From an uncultured Clostridia bacterium (GTDB lineage: Bacteria; Bacillota; Clostridia; Christensenellales; CAG-917), in contig CALVNH010000003.1 of assembly GCA_944349635.1 (NCBI GenBank), forward strand, positions 727-64,726: a stretch of DNA of 64,000 nucleotides, written 5' to 3'. Shown here piece by piece: positions 36,769 through 46,587 of this stretch (the first letter of the stretch is position 1; each line of letters begins with the position of its first letter). Under the pieces are notes generated by a model. It was not told the DNA's origin, searched no databases, and worked only from the letters and a program-made list of their open reading frames with translations. The position numbers were made by a program, and so were the translations under genes.

Positions 36769-37349
36769 CAGTCCTCTCCTCCGAACATATTTTCCACGCT
36801 CACGCAGGGTGCGGGAATTATCTCCTTTTCAGTGACCACGACGTCGAGAAGAATGTCGTGAGTCTCAGTTTCCAGCCCTTCCGTCCTCTGGCAGGCAAAC
36901 GCTATGCCAACTTTTTTGCAATCGGGATGCGCCGCCAGGAATTTGTCGTAATATCCCTTGCCGTGCCCCGCACGCTTCAACCCGTCGAATGCCACCAAAG
37001 GCACAACGGCGAGGTCGCATTCCGCCGTGCACATACCGCCGACGGGCTCCGAAATGCCCCATTTGTTGACTCTGAAATTGCTGTACGGCGTTATTATCAC
37101 GGCGTCCATCTCGTCGCCGCGCACGCGAGGCACGGAAACCGTCTTTTCGAGAGCAAGCAACAGCCCTATTATCTCGTGAGTGTCGGGTTCGTTTGGGGCG
37201 GACATAAACACAAAAGGCTTTTTGCATTTTCTGAAAATTTCAAGCGACGTAAGAGCGTCGGTGACGGCACCGCTCGCCCATTCCTTTTCAGCGTCGCTCA
37301 TCTTCACGACACGCGCCGCCGCAATCTTCCTCGCCTCTTGTTTCGTCAT
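36768..37349 (-). CDS. 5-formyltetrahydrofolate cyclo-ligase
   Basis: 193 aa with KQEARKIAAARV N-terminus, EPDTHEII, VVPLVAFDGLKRAGHGKGYYD. Confidence 0.8.
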   Translation of the reverse strand: MTKQEARKIAAARVVKMSDAEKEWASGAVTDALTSLEIFRKCKKPFVFMSAPNEPDTHEIIGLLLALEKTVSVPRVRGDEMDAVIITPYSNFRVNKWGISEPVGGMCTAECDLAVVPLVAFDGLKRAGHGKGYYDKFLAAHPDCKKVGIAFACQRTEGLETETHDILLDVVVTEKEIIPAPCVSVENMFGGED

Positions 37350-38346
37350 CGGTATAAATCCTCTCCGTTCTGCCTCTCCACGCCGTCATCACGGCATAGT
37401 CGCAGGTCTTTCGCTGTTCAGCCACTCGTTCGGCGGTGAGCGAGTCGCCGAGCAACACCACGTTCTCGCCTTTGTCGGCGACGAAATCTCCCGTGTCCAC
37501 GGCAAACATATCCATACACACGCTTCCCACGGGCGGACACAGCCTTCCTCTTATAAGCACGGAAGACGCATTCTCTCTGCATATTCCGTCAAAATATCCG
37601 CCGAACACCCATGCGACGTTGCACGCGGACGTCGTGCGGAAATCCCCGTACCCCAATCCGTCTCCGCGGCTCAAACGTCTCGCAGCAACGACGGTGCTCT
37701 CCACCCTCATTGCGCCCTCATACGCCGCGTGCCCTATGCGTACGGCGTCGAAGAGCGCGTCTTCCCTGTCGAGAGCCGACGAAGACGCCAGATGAAACAC
37801 GGCACCCGGATATCTTGCTTTCAACTTTTCGCGCAGAAAAGCAAACGTGTTTATCTGCGCGTCGTTGCAGCTCCTGAGATGGGAATAGAAGCCTTGCGGC
37901 GACAAGCCAGCTTCGTCAAGCAAGCCGCACACGGTGCCGACTTCGGAAGGCAAAAACCCGAGGCGGTGCATACCCGTGTCCGTCTTTATGTGGAAACGCG
38001 GAATTTTGCACCCGCTCGCGGCGATGTCCCGCAAGACGTTCAGCGTTCCGAAATCCGCAACGCCTACAGTCAATCCGAATTCCGCGGCTCTTTCAAGCTC
38101 CGCACCGTCGCAGAGCGCAACGAGAATATCTTCCGTGATGCCGTCACGGCGTAGCTTTACCCCTTCCTCAGTCGTCGCTACGCCGAAAGCGTCCGCGTAA
38201 CCCCGAAGAGCGCGGGCGACGCGCGTCATTCCGTGTCCGTATGCGTCGGCCTTCACCATGACTGTAACCGACGTGCCGCACTCGCGACGGACGGCACTCA
38301 CGTTTTGTTTGATTCGCGACAAGTCGACGGTCATCCGCAGATTCAA
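37288..38346 (-). CDS. alr: alanine racemase
   Basis: PLP-lysine motif VMVKADAYGHG. TTG start preceded by GGGAGGG. Confidence 0.9.
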   Translation of the reverse strand: MNLRMTVDLSRIKQNVSAVRRECGTSVTVMVKADAYGHGMTRVARALRGYADAFGVATTEEGVKLRRDGITEDILVALCDGAELERAAEFGLTVGVADFGTLNVLRDIAASGCKIPRFHIKTDTGMHRLGFLPSEVGTVCGLLDEAGLSPQGFYSHLRSCNDAQINTFAFLREKLKARYPGAVFHLASSSALDREDALFDAVRIGHAAYEGAMRVESTVVAARRLSRGDGLGYGDFRTTSACNVAWVFGGYFDGICRENASSVLIRGRLCPPVGSVCMDMFAVDTGDFVADKGENVVLLGDSLTAERVAEQRKTCDYAVMTAWRGRTERIYTDDETRGEEDCGGACREDERR

Positions 38347-38442
38347 TATGCCCTCCCGCCGCGCGCCGAGGCGTGCTGCCTTGCATATTTTATGCGGACG
38401 GCGCTCACTTCGTGTGCGCAGACCGTCGGTTGTGCCCGAAGA

Positions 38443-38826
38443 TTATTTCAGCAGCTCTTCCGCACGCTTGACGTCGTCGGTTTTGAACAGAATGAGTGCC
38501 TTGCCTCCCTTTCTCGAATAGGAGTAAACGTATTCGAGGTTGACGCCCTCGTTGTTCAGCATTCCGAGAGTGGAAGTGAGCGAACCCGGCACGTCGTCGA
38601 CTTCTATGCCGACGAGGTTCGTGGACGCCGTGGTAAAGCCTGCGGCAGACAGAGCCGCAACCGCTTTCGCGTTGTCGTCGGTAATGATTCTTACAATGCC
38701 GAAATCCTTGGTGTCGGCGATGTTCAGACTCTCGACGTTGACACCTGCGTCGGACAGCGCGCCGAGCATGGTGTAAAGTCTGCCCTGTCTGTTTTCCAGA
38801 AATACGGCGATTTGGTTTACCAGCAT
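38443..38826 (-). CDS. ACT-domain protein
   Basis: 127 aa with two ACT-like beta-alpha-beta-beta-alpha-beta repeats (QIAVFLENRQGRL..., VGIEVDDVPGSL...), downstream of paaK. Confidence 0.8.
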   Translation of the reverse strand: MLVNQIAVFLENRQGRLYTMLGALSDAGVNVESLNIADTKDFGIVRIITDDNAKAVAALSAAGFTTASTNLVGIEVDDVPGSLTSTLGMLNNEGVNLEYVYSYSRKGGKALILFKTDDVKRAEELLK

Positions 38827-38836
38827 AATTTCCTCC

Positions 38837-40144
38837 TTATTGCTTGCGTTTGTCGATAATTCGCACGGTCTTGCCCATGGAAAGAGGCAGACTGTCGGGC
38901 GACACGAGAGTTATTTTCGCACCCACGCCGAGATTGCCCATCATATCGTGCTCTATGTGACGGCGGATTTCCTCAATTTTTTTCACTTCGTCCGAGAATA
39001 CCTCCGGCACAAGTTCCACCTGAATCTCCATGGTGTCGAGATTGTCGACGCGGTCGACGATAATCTGATAATGCGAACCGACGATTTCCTTGATGTTCAT
39101 GAGCACGGACTCTATTTGAGAGGGGAACACGTTGACGCCGCGGATAATCAGCATATCGTCCGTTCTGCCGCTGACGCGTTTCATGCGGACAAGCGTTCTT
39201 CCGCAGTGCGAACAAACATCGTGATTGAGCGCGCTGATGTCGCGGGTGCGGTAACGGATGAGAGGTATACCCTGTTTGTTGAGCGTGGTGAACACCAGTT
39301 CGCCGTCCGTCTTGTCGGGCACGGGTCTGAGGGTTTCGGGGTCGATGATTTCGGGATAGAAAAAGTCCTCCATGACGTGCAGTCCCCAGTCGCCGCCGCA
39401 GCTCATCGACACGCCGGGGCCGCTGATTTCCGACAACCCGTAGATGTCGAAGGCCTCTATGCCCAGTTTGCGCTCTATCTCGCGTTTCATGTCGTCGGAC
39501 CAGGGCTCCGCGCCGAAAATACCGCGTTTAAGTTTGAATTCCGACAAATCAAGTCCGTTTTTTGCGATTTCCTCTCCTATGACCATGGCATAGGAAGGCG
39601 TGCAGGCAAGCGCGGTGGCACCGAAATCTTTGAGCAAAGCAATCTGTCTCATGGTGTTGCCTGCCGAAGCGGGAATGGTGACGGAACCGAGTTTTTCGGA
39701 GCCGTAATGCAGACCGAGACCGCCCGTAAACAGCCCGTAGCCGTAGGAGACGTGCACGATGTCTTCCTTTGTGCAACCCGCCATGACGAGAGCACGCGCC
39801 GCGCTCTCCGCCCAGTCGTCGAGGTCTCTTGCCGTGTAACCCACGACCGTAAGCTTGCCCGTGGTTCCGCTGGACGCATGAACGCGGACTATCTCGCTCA
39901 TGGGAACGGCAAAGGTTCCGAACGGATAGTTTGCACGCAAATCGGCTTTTGTCGTGAACGGCAGCTTGTCGATGTCCTCTATGCCTTTGATGTCGGACGG
40001 TTTTACGCCCGCCGCGTCCATTTTCGCGCGGTAGTACGGCACGTTTTCGTAGACCCTTTTCACCAGGTCGACGAGGCGCGCGGACTGCAGCGCACTCATT
40101 TCGTCACGGGACATTGTTTCAATCTTTTCGTTGAAATACTTCAT
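38837..40144 (-). CDS. paaK: phenylacetate-CoA ligase
   Basis: MKYFNEKIETMSRDEMSALQ N-terminus and SSGTTGK adenylation motif. Confidence 0.9.
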   Translation of the reverse strand: MKYFNEKIETMSRDEMSALQSARLVDLVKRVYENVPYYRAKMDAAGVKPSDIKGIEDIDKLPFTTKADLRANYPFGTFAVPMSEIVRVHASSGTTGKLTVVGYTARDLDDWAESAARALVMAGCTKEDIVHVSYGYGLFTGGLGLHYGSEKLGSVTIPASAGNTMRQIALLKDFGATALACTPSYAMVIGEEIAKNGLDLSEFKLKRGIFGAEPWSDDMKREIERKLGIEAFDIYGLSEISGPGVSMSCGGDWGLHVMEDFFYPEIIDPETLRPVPDKTDGELVFTTLNKQGIPLIRYRTRDISALNHDVCSHCGRTLVRMKRVSGRTDDMLIIRGVNVFPSQIESVLMNIKEIVGSHYQIIVDRVDNLDTMEIQVELVPEVFSDEVKKIEEIRRHIEHDMMGNLGVGAKITLVSPDSLPLSMGKTVRIIDKRKQ

Positions 40145-40155
40145 TTTCCTCCCCC

Positions 40156-40728
40156 TCAACCGATATCGTATCCGCGTTGAAGCGCGGTCCTGTTGACTTC
40201 GTAAAGTTTGGGTTTGACGGCGGCTTTCAGCGCGGCGTCGATTTTCTCGAACGGAATGCCGAGATTCTTTGCCAAAGCGCCTATCATGACGACGTTGACG
40301 GTTTTGAGATTGCCGATTTCTTCCGCAATGGCAAGTGCGGGAACGACGATAACCTTGCCAGCGCGTTCGCGCAAATCCTCGACGATGTGTTCGGGATACT
40401 TGCGCGCCCCGGTAATCACGGGCATAGGCAGGATTTCCTGGTCGTTCACCACAATGACGCCGCCTTTTTTGAGGTAATTTGTGTAACGCAGAGCTTCCAG
40501 TTTTTCGAAAGCCATGATGATGTCGGCGTCACGAAGCCCTATGATGGGACTCTTGACTTCGTCGGCGATTTTGACGTTCGTGACCACGCTTCCGCCGCGC
40601 TGCGACATCCCGTGCACCTCGCTGAGTTTGCAATCGCTTCCTTCCAAGTCGGCAAGCGCTCCCAGAATTCTCGAAGCAAGCAGAGTTCCCTGCCCGCCTA
40701 CTCCAACGATAAGTATGTTAGCTTTCAT
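40156..40728 (-). CDS. iorB: indolepyruvate:ferredoxin oxidoreductase subunit beta
   Basis: 190 aa with ILIVGVGGQGTLLASRILG, the gamma-domain type of 2-oxoacid:Fd oxidoreductases. Confidence 0.88.
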   Translation of the reverse strand: MKANILIVGVGGQGTLLASRILGALADLEGSDCKLSEVHGMSQRGGSVVTNVKIADEVKSPIIGLRDADIIMAFEKLEALRYTNYLKKGGVIVVNDQEILPMPVITGARKYPEHIVEDLRERAGKVIVVPALAIAEEIGNLKTVNVVMIGALAKNLGIPFEKIDAALKAAVKPKLYEVNRTALQRGYDIG

Positions 40729-40729
40729 T

Positions 40730-42445
40730 TCAACCCTCCTTGATTGCGCCGAACTTGCAAACCTTTTCGCACAGTCCGCAACCCACGCACAGCGACGCGT
40801 TGATTTTGGCGGAACCGTCCGCCTGTTTTTCTATCGCGGGACAACCGAGTTTGAAACACATTCCGCACTTTCTGCAATCGGATACCGTGCAAGGTGCGGG
40901 ATAATTCCTGTCAAGCAGCGCGCAGGGACGCTTTGCGACGATTACGGACACGCCGTCCGCGGCAAGCTCCTCTTTGAGCGTCTTTTCCACTTCTGCGAGG
41001 TCGTAGCTGTCCACGACGCGGACGCTGTCGCAACCCACCGTCTTGCACAGTGCGACTATGTCGAGAATCTTTGCGGGCTCCTGTTTGAGAGTGAGTCCGG
41101 TTGCGGGGTGTTGCTGGTGCCCCGTCATACCCGTGGTCGAGTTGTCGAGAATGACCAGGGTTATGTTGCTCTTGTTGTAAACGGCGTTGATGAGCCCGGT
41201 GATTCCGCTGTGAATGAACGTGCTGTCGCCGATGACGGCAACGGTGCGTTTGGACTGCTCTCTTCCCGCCGCTTTTTCGAAACCGTGGGCGATACCCACG
41301 CTTGCACCCATACACACCACGGTGTCAACCGCGCAAAGAGGAGGCTGTGCTCCAAGCGTGTAGCAGCCTATATCCGCGGAGACGGTGACTTTGAGTTTGT
41401 TGAGAATGTAGAACACGCCGCGATGCGGACAACCCGCGCACATCACGGGAGGACGCACGGGCAAGTCCTGCTTTTCGACGTCGAGTTTTTCGCCGAGAAG
41501 TTTGAGCCGTATGTCGGCAACGGAAATTTCACCCTGCTTCGAGAAAAGGTTCTTACCCTCGCAATCTATTCCGTTTGCTTTGAGCTGATTCTGGAAGAAG
41601 GGTTCCAGCTCTTCGACGACGACGAGTCTTTCCACCTTGGAGGCAAAGTCGCGCAGCCTGCCGAAGGGAAGCGGATAGACCACGCCGAGCTTGAACACCG
41701 ACGCTTCGGGTAAAGCTTCCTTGACGTACTGATAAACCACGCCGCTGCAAACGATACCGAGAGACGGGTCGTTCATCTCTTCGCGGTTCACGTCGAAGAA
41801 GTTCACGTCGGCGGCAAGTTTGTCCTCACGGGCTTCCACGGCGACGTGCCTTCCTATTGCGGAAGAGGGCATCATCGTGTATTTGGACACGTCTTTCACG
41901 TAAGGTCTGAGGGGAACTTCCCTTCTTTCCGCCGTTTCGACAAGGCTCTGTGAGTGCGCAAGTCTAGTGGTTGTGCGGACAAACACGGGAGTGTCGTACT
42001 TTTCGGACAGTTCGAAGGCAAGTTTCGTAAACTCTTTGGCTTCCGCACTGTCGGAAGGCTCCAACATGGGAATATGCGCGCTTCTGGCATAAAAACGCGT
42101 GTCCTGTTCGTTCTGCGAACTGTGCATTCCGGGGTCGTCCGCCGCAAGAATGACGAGTCCGCCGTTCACACCCGTATAGGCGGCGGTAAACATAGGGTCG
42201 GCGGCAACGTTCACGCCGACGTGCTTCATGCACACCATGCTTCTCGCTCCCACGAACGACGCACCGATTGCCACTTCGAAGGCAACCTTTTCGTTGGGAG
42301 CCCACTCCGCATACACTTCGTCGTAACGCGCGATGCACTCGCTGACTTCCGTCGACGGAGTGCCCGGATACGCCGAAACAACCTTTACGCCCGCCTCGTA
42401 CGCTCCTCTGGCTATTGCTTCATTGCCGAGCATCAATTTTTTCAT
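40730..42445 (-). CDS. iorA: indolepyruvate:ferredoxin oxidoreductase subunit alpha
   Basis: 571 aa with a TPP-binding region (GDSTFIHSG) and a C-terminal 2x[4Fe-4S] (CRKCGMCFKLGCP, CVGCGLCEKVC). Confidence 0.9.
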   Translation of the reverse strand: MKKLMLGNEAIARGAYEAGVKVVSAYPGTPSTEVSECIARYDEVYAEWAPNEKVAFEVAIGASFVGARSMVCMKHVGVNVAADPMFTAAYTGVNGGLVILAADDPGMHSSQNEQDTRFYARSAHIPMLEPSDSAEAKEFTKLAFELSEKYDTPVFVRTTTRLAHSQSLVETAERREVPLRPYVKDVSKYTMMPSSAIGRHVAVEAREDKLAADVNFFDVNREEMNDPSLGIVCSGVVYQYVKEALPEASVFKLGVVYPLPFGRLRDFASKVERLVVVEELEPFFQNQLKANGIDCEGKNLFSKQGEISVADIRLKLLGEKLDVEKQDLPVRPPVMCAGCPHRGVFYILNKLKVTVSADIGCYTLGAQPPLCAVDTVVCMGASVGIAHGFEKAAGREQSKRTVAVIGDSTFIHSGITGLINAVYNKSNITLVILDNSTTGMTGHQQHPATGLTLKQEPAKILDIVALCKTVGCDSVRVVDSYDLAEVEKTLKEELAADGVSVIVAKRPCALLDRNYPAPCTVSDCRKCGMCFKLGCPAIEKQADGSAKINASLCVGCGLCEKVCKFGAIKEG

Positions 42446-42507
42446 ATTTCCATCCTTACTGAATTATTCCGTATTCCTTATCGCCGCTTACGGTTGCGGC
42501 GTTGCTT

Positions 42508-44148
42508 TCAGCCAGTAATCTGCACTTCGACCAGGCTTTCTTCGCCGCAATATTTTTCGCGGAGTTTGGGTTTTTCGATTTTGCCGGTGGGATTCCTCGG
42601 TACCTTGTCGAAAATTATTTTGCGGGGACGCTTATAACGCGGCAATGCCGCGCAGAAAGCGTTAATTCTCTCTTCCGTCCAATCGGCGTACTCGGGTTTA
42701 AGCTCCACGATAGCCACGGCTATTTCCCCGAGACGAACGTCGGGCATTCCGATGACGGCAACGTCCCTCACAGCTTCGCACGAGCGGATAAAATCCTCTA
42801 TCTGCACGGGATAGAGGTTCTCTCCACCCGTAATGATGACGTCCTTCTTTCTGTCGACGAGATAAATAAACCCGTCCTCGTCCTCACGCGCCATATCACC
42901 CGTGAACAGCCACCCGTCTTCCAGCACGGCTTGCGTGTCCTTTTCGTCACGGTAGTAGCACACCATAACGCCGTCGCCCTTGACCGCGAGTTCTCCCACG
43001 TCGCCGCGTTTGACGTCGCGACGGTTGTCGTCCACGATTCTGGTCTGCCAGCCGTAACCCGCCTTGCCTATCGCGCCCACCTTGTCGATGTTTTCCACTC
43101 CGAGGTGCACGCAACCCGGACCTATGCTCTCACTGAGTCCGTAGTTGGTGTCGTAGCTGTGATTGGGAAAAACCTTCATCCAACGCTGTATGAGACTGGG
43201 CGGTACGGGTTGAGCTCCTATGTGCATAAGTCTCCACGCCGAAAGGTCGTAATCGGAAAGATTGATTTCTCCGCTGTCTATGGCGTCCAGTATGTCCTGC
43301 GCCCACGGCACGAGCAGCCACACTATGCTGGCTTTTTCTTCGGAAGCCGTTTGCAGAATCCACTTCGGACTCACGCCTTTGAGAAGCACGGCCTTGCTTG
43401 CGCTGACAAGACTGCCGAACCAGTGCATTTTCGCGCCCGTATGATAGAGAGGCGGAATGCAGAGAAAGACGTCGTCTTTTTGCTGAAAGTGGTGCTTTTG
43501 CTCCGTGATTGCCGCGCGCATCAGCGCTTTGTGTTTGTGAAGAATTGCCTTGGGAAATCCCGTCGTGCCGCTGGAAAAATATATCGCGGAATAGTCCTCG
43601 TCCGTAATTTCCACATCGGGGCGTTCGGGCGACGCCTGCTCCGCAAGTTCGTCATAACTCTCCGCAAACGTGGGGCAATCCTCGCCGATGAAGAGCATTC
43701 CCTCGATTTTGTCCAGTTCGCCGAACACGGACTCCACTCTGCCCACGAACTCTTTGCCGAACACCAGCACGGTGACGTCGGCAAGGTCGAGGCAGTATTT
43801 GATTTCGTCGGCGGTGTATCTGTAATTGAGAGGAACGGCAAGTCCGCCCGCTTTCAGAATGCCGAAATAAACCGGCAGCCATTCCAGGCAGTTCATAAGC
43901 AGAATGCCCACTTTCTCTCCCCTCCGAAGTCCTTTGGACAACAGCAGATTGGCAAAGCGGTTGGCTCTCTCGTCGAACTGCTTCCAAGTCATCTCCCTGC
44001 GGTGTTCTTCGTGCGGAGTGACTTCCACGAGGGAATAATCCTTCCAGGTCAGCTTGTGTTTTTCTTTTAGTTCGGGGTTTATCTCAACAAGGCAAACCTC
44101 GTCGCCGAATCGGTCGGCGTTGTTTTCCAGAAATCGTGTAATGGGCAT
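42508..44148 (-). CDS. AMP-dependent acyl-CoA synthetase/ligase
   Basis: AMP-binding motifs YFSSGTTGFPKA, TGDMAREDEDGF, PRNPTGKI. Confidence 0.85.
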   Translation of the reverse strand: MPITRFLENNADRFGDEVCLVEINPELKEKHKLTWKDYSLVEVTPHEEHRREMTWKQFDERANRFANLLLSKGLRRGEKVGILLMNCLEWLPVYFGILKAGGLAVPLNYRYTADEIKYCLDLADVTVLVFGKEFVGRVESVFGELDKIEGMLFIGEDCPTFAESYDELAEQASPERPDVEITDEDYSAIYFSSGTTGFPKAILHKHKALMRAAITEQKHHFQQKDDVFLCIPPLYHTGAKMHWFGSLVSASKAVLLKGVSPKWILQTASEEKASIVWLLVPWAQDILDAIDSGEINLSDYDLSAWRLMHIGAQPVPPSLIQRWMKVFPNHSYDTNYGLSESIGPGCVHLGVENIDKVGAIGKAGYGWQTRIVDDNRRDVKRGDVGELAVKGDGVMVCYYRDEKDTQAVLEDGWLFTGDMAREDEDGFIYLVDRKKDVIITGGENLYPVQIEDFIRSCEAVRDVAVIGMPDVRLGEIAVAIVELKPEYADWTEERINAFCAALPRYKRPRKIIFDKVPRNPTGKIEKPKLREKYCGEESLVEVQITG

Positions 44149-44150
44149 CG

Positions 44151-46358
44151 TTACCTCCGCGCGGCGTTGTGCTTGTAGTAATTAATCAGACAGCCGTCGA
44201 GCACAATCTGCTTCTCGGTATCGGTCAAAGCGTCCATACGCAACGTCACGGATTCGGCCTTGCCGTCGCGCACGAGATAAGCCTGCACGCTGTCCGCACC
44301 CGATTCCACGAACTTGCGGACGTCGGGAATTACGACTGTGTCGCCGAGGCGGTATTCGGTCTCTCCGTCAAGCAAGGGCAACATACCCCAGTTTATCAGG
44401 TTGCTGCGGTATCTCTTCGTCGCATACTCTCTTGCGATGTTTGCGCCGCCGCCCAGGAAACGCTGGCAGCTTGCCGCCTGCTCCCTTGCGCTGCCGTCAC
44501 CGGGTTTGACGGCAAACACCGCGCTGCAAACGCTCACCGAGCCTTTGACGCCGCACAGTTTTGCGGCATTCAGCGCGTCGGAGTCCTTGCCGTCACGGAC
44601 GGCAACCGACCTTTCGACGTATCCGGGGTCCTTCCTGCTGAGCGCGAATTTTGCAAGACGCAACGGATTGCTCCTGTAAGAGGAAGTTTCGCCTGAGGGT
44701 ATGAGTTCGTCCGTCGTGGTGACGGGGTCGTAAATAACGCTGCAAAGTTTGATGACGAGGTTGTCTTTGAGGGGTTCGATTGCGGGGATGTCCGTGATGT
44801 TGGGTCCGTAGACAAGCTCGGTTTCGGGCTGAGGATTGCCGAAACCGTTGTACACTCTGGACATGTACGCCGCGGGAGAATATTCGAAAGGACGGAAGTC
44901 CTCTTCGTAATCGAGTCCGAGGGCGGAAGTCAGCACTCCGCCGTTTGCCGCCGTTGCCGCAATGGAACGCGCGTCCATAAGAGCCACGGAAGCCACTTGC
45001 CCTTCCGCGGGTTTGGAGCCCTCTCTGCGCTCGAAATTGCGGGTGGTGTGACGCACGGAGAATCCGTTGTTGCAGGGCACGTCGCCCGCGCCGAAGCAAG
45101 GTCCGCAGAAGCAGGGTTTGATAACGGCACCGCTCTCTATCAAAGAGGCGGTGTACCCGTTTTTGACGAGTGCCAGATTGGCGGGTTGACTGCCGGGATA
45201 GACGGTGAGATTGAAAGCTCCGTCCCCCGTATTTTTGCCTTTGAGAATGTTGGCGGCGGTGGCGATATTGTCGTAAGTTCCGCCCGCGCAACCCGCGATT
45301 ACGCCCTGCGAAACCATGACTTTGCCGTCCTTGATTTTGTCGGTGAGGCGGTATTTGCCGCGTTCCAGTCCCAACAGCTTGCACCCCTCTTCTTCCGCCT
45401 TGCCGAGGATTTCTTCGGGATTTGCGATGACGTCGGCGAGTTTATACACGTTGGACGGATGGAAAGGCAACGCAATCATCGGTTCGACAAGCGAAAGGTC
45501 GATAACTACGGCGGCGTCGTAAAGCGCACCTTCCTGCGGCACCATGGGTTTGTATTCCTTTTCTCTGCCGAAAAGCGCGAGGTACTGCCGCACTTTTTCG
45601 TCGGTGCACCACACGGAACTCAGACACGCACTCTCCGTGGTCATGACGTCTATGCCGTTGCGGTACTCTACGGGAAGAGCGCTTATACCCTCTCCCACGA
45701 ACTCGAGAACGGCGTTTTTGACGAAACCGTTTGCAAACACCGCGCCGATGAGCGCAAGCGCAACGTCCTGAGGCCCGACCCCCTTCCTGACTTTACCTTT
45801 GAGCTCGACGGCTATCACTTTGGGATATGCAATGTCGTATGTACGTTTGAGCAGCTGTTTGACAAGTTCGGGACCGCCCTCTCCTATTGCCATTGTGCCC
45901 AGCGCGCCGTATCTCGTGTGACTGTCGCTGCCGAGAATCATTTTGCCGGGAGCGGCGAACATTTCGCGCATATAGCTGTGAATGACGGCAATGTTGGCGG
46001 GAACGTATATTCCGCCGTACTTCTTGGCGGCGGAAAGCCCGAAAACATGGTCGTCCTCGTTGATTGTGCCGCCCACCGCGCAAAGGCTGTTGTGGCAGTT
46101 GGTGAGCACATAAGGCAGAGGAAACTCTTCGAGACCGCTTGCACGCGCAGACTGGATTATGCCGACATAAGTGATGTCGTGAGAAGCCATGGCGTCGAAG
46201 CGCAGGCGCAATGCGGCGTCGTTGCCCGACGTGTTGTGCGCGGTCAGCACGGAATATGCCATTGTGCCTTTTTTGGAGGGAGAAAGCGAAGCGCTTTCTT
46301 CGGGAGAACAGAGAGTGCCGTTCTTGTAAACGGTCGGTTGATTGATAAGTTTAACCAT
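44151..46358 (-). CDS. aconitase-family hydratase
   Basis: GSDSHT, CFCGPCFG Fe-S ligand region, and a C-terminal swivel domain (GSAREQAASCQRFLG). ATG at 46358 preceded by GAGGT. Confidence 0.8.
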   Translation of the reverse strand: MVKLINQPTVYKNGTLCSPEESASLSPSKKGTMAYSVLTAHNTSGNDAALRLRFDAMASHDITYVGIIQSARASGLEEFPLPYVLTNCHNSLCAVGGTINEDDHVFGLSAAKKYGGIYVPANIAVIHSYMREMFAAPGKMILGSDSHTRYGALGTMAIGEGGPELVKQLLKRTYDIAYPKVIAVELKGKVRKGVGPQDVALALIGAVFANGFVKNAVLEFVGEGISALPVEYRNGIDVMTTESACLSSVWCTDEKVRQYLALFGREKEYKPMVPQEGALYDAAVVIDLSLVEPMIALPFHPSNVYKLADVIANPEEILGKAEEEGCKLLGLERGKYRLTDKIKDGKVMVSQGVIAGCAGGTYDNIATAANILKGKNTGDGAFNLTVYPGSQPANLALVKNGYTASLIESGAVIKPCFCGPCFGAGDVPCNNGFSVRHTTRNFERREGSKPAEGQVASVALMDARSIAATAANGGVLTSALGLDYEEDFRPFEYSPAAYMSRVYNGFGNPQPETELVYGPNITDIPAIEPLKDNLVIKLCSVIYDPVTTTDELIPSGETSSYRSNPLRLAKFALSRKDPGYVERSVAVRDGKDSDALNAAKLCGVKGSVSVCSAVFAVKPGDGSAREQAASCQRFLGGGANIAREYATKRYRSNLINWGMLPLLDGETEYRLGDTVVIPDVRKFVESGADSVQAYLVRDGKAESVTLRMDALTDTEKQIVLDGCLINYYKHNAARR

Positions 46359-46494
46359 AAATACCTCGTACGAGGTCAATTATATTACGGGCGCGCGTAT
46401 TAGTCAACAAAAAGCAAACAAAGGCTTGTGACGGGTGATACCGCCCGTACCCGTGTTTACGCTCCGGGTCTGTGCAAAATCACCGCACAGGGCG

Positions 46495-46534
46495 AAAAAC
46501 AAAATAAATGCGGGAACGGAATGACCGTTCCCGC
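46495..46534 (-). terminator. Rho-independent terminator after the DUF2156-GNAT gene
   Basis: Minus strand reads GCGGGAACGG-TCATT-CCGTTCCCGC followed by ATTTATTTTGTTTTT. Confidence 0.7.
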
Positions 46535-46587
46535 CCGCAAGCCGCATGAAAAAGTAAAAGCCGCCGTTGTTCCCTAAGCCGTCCGAA

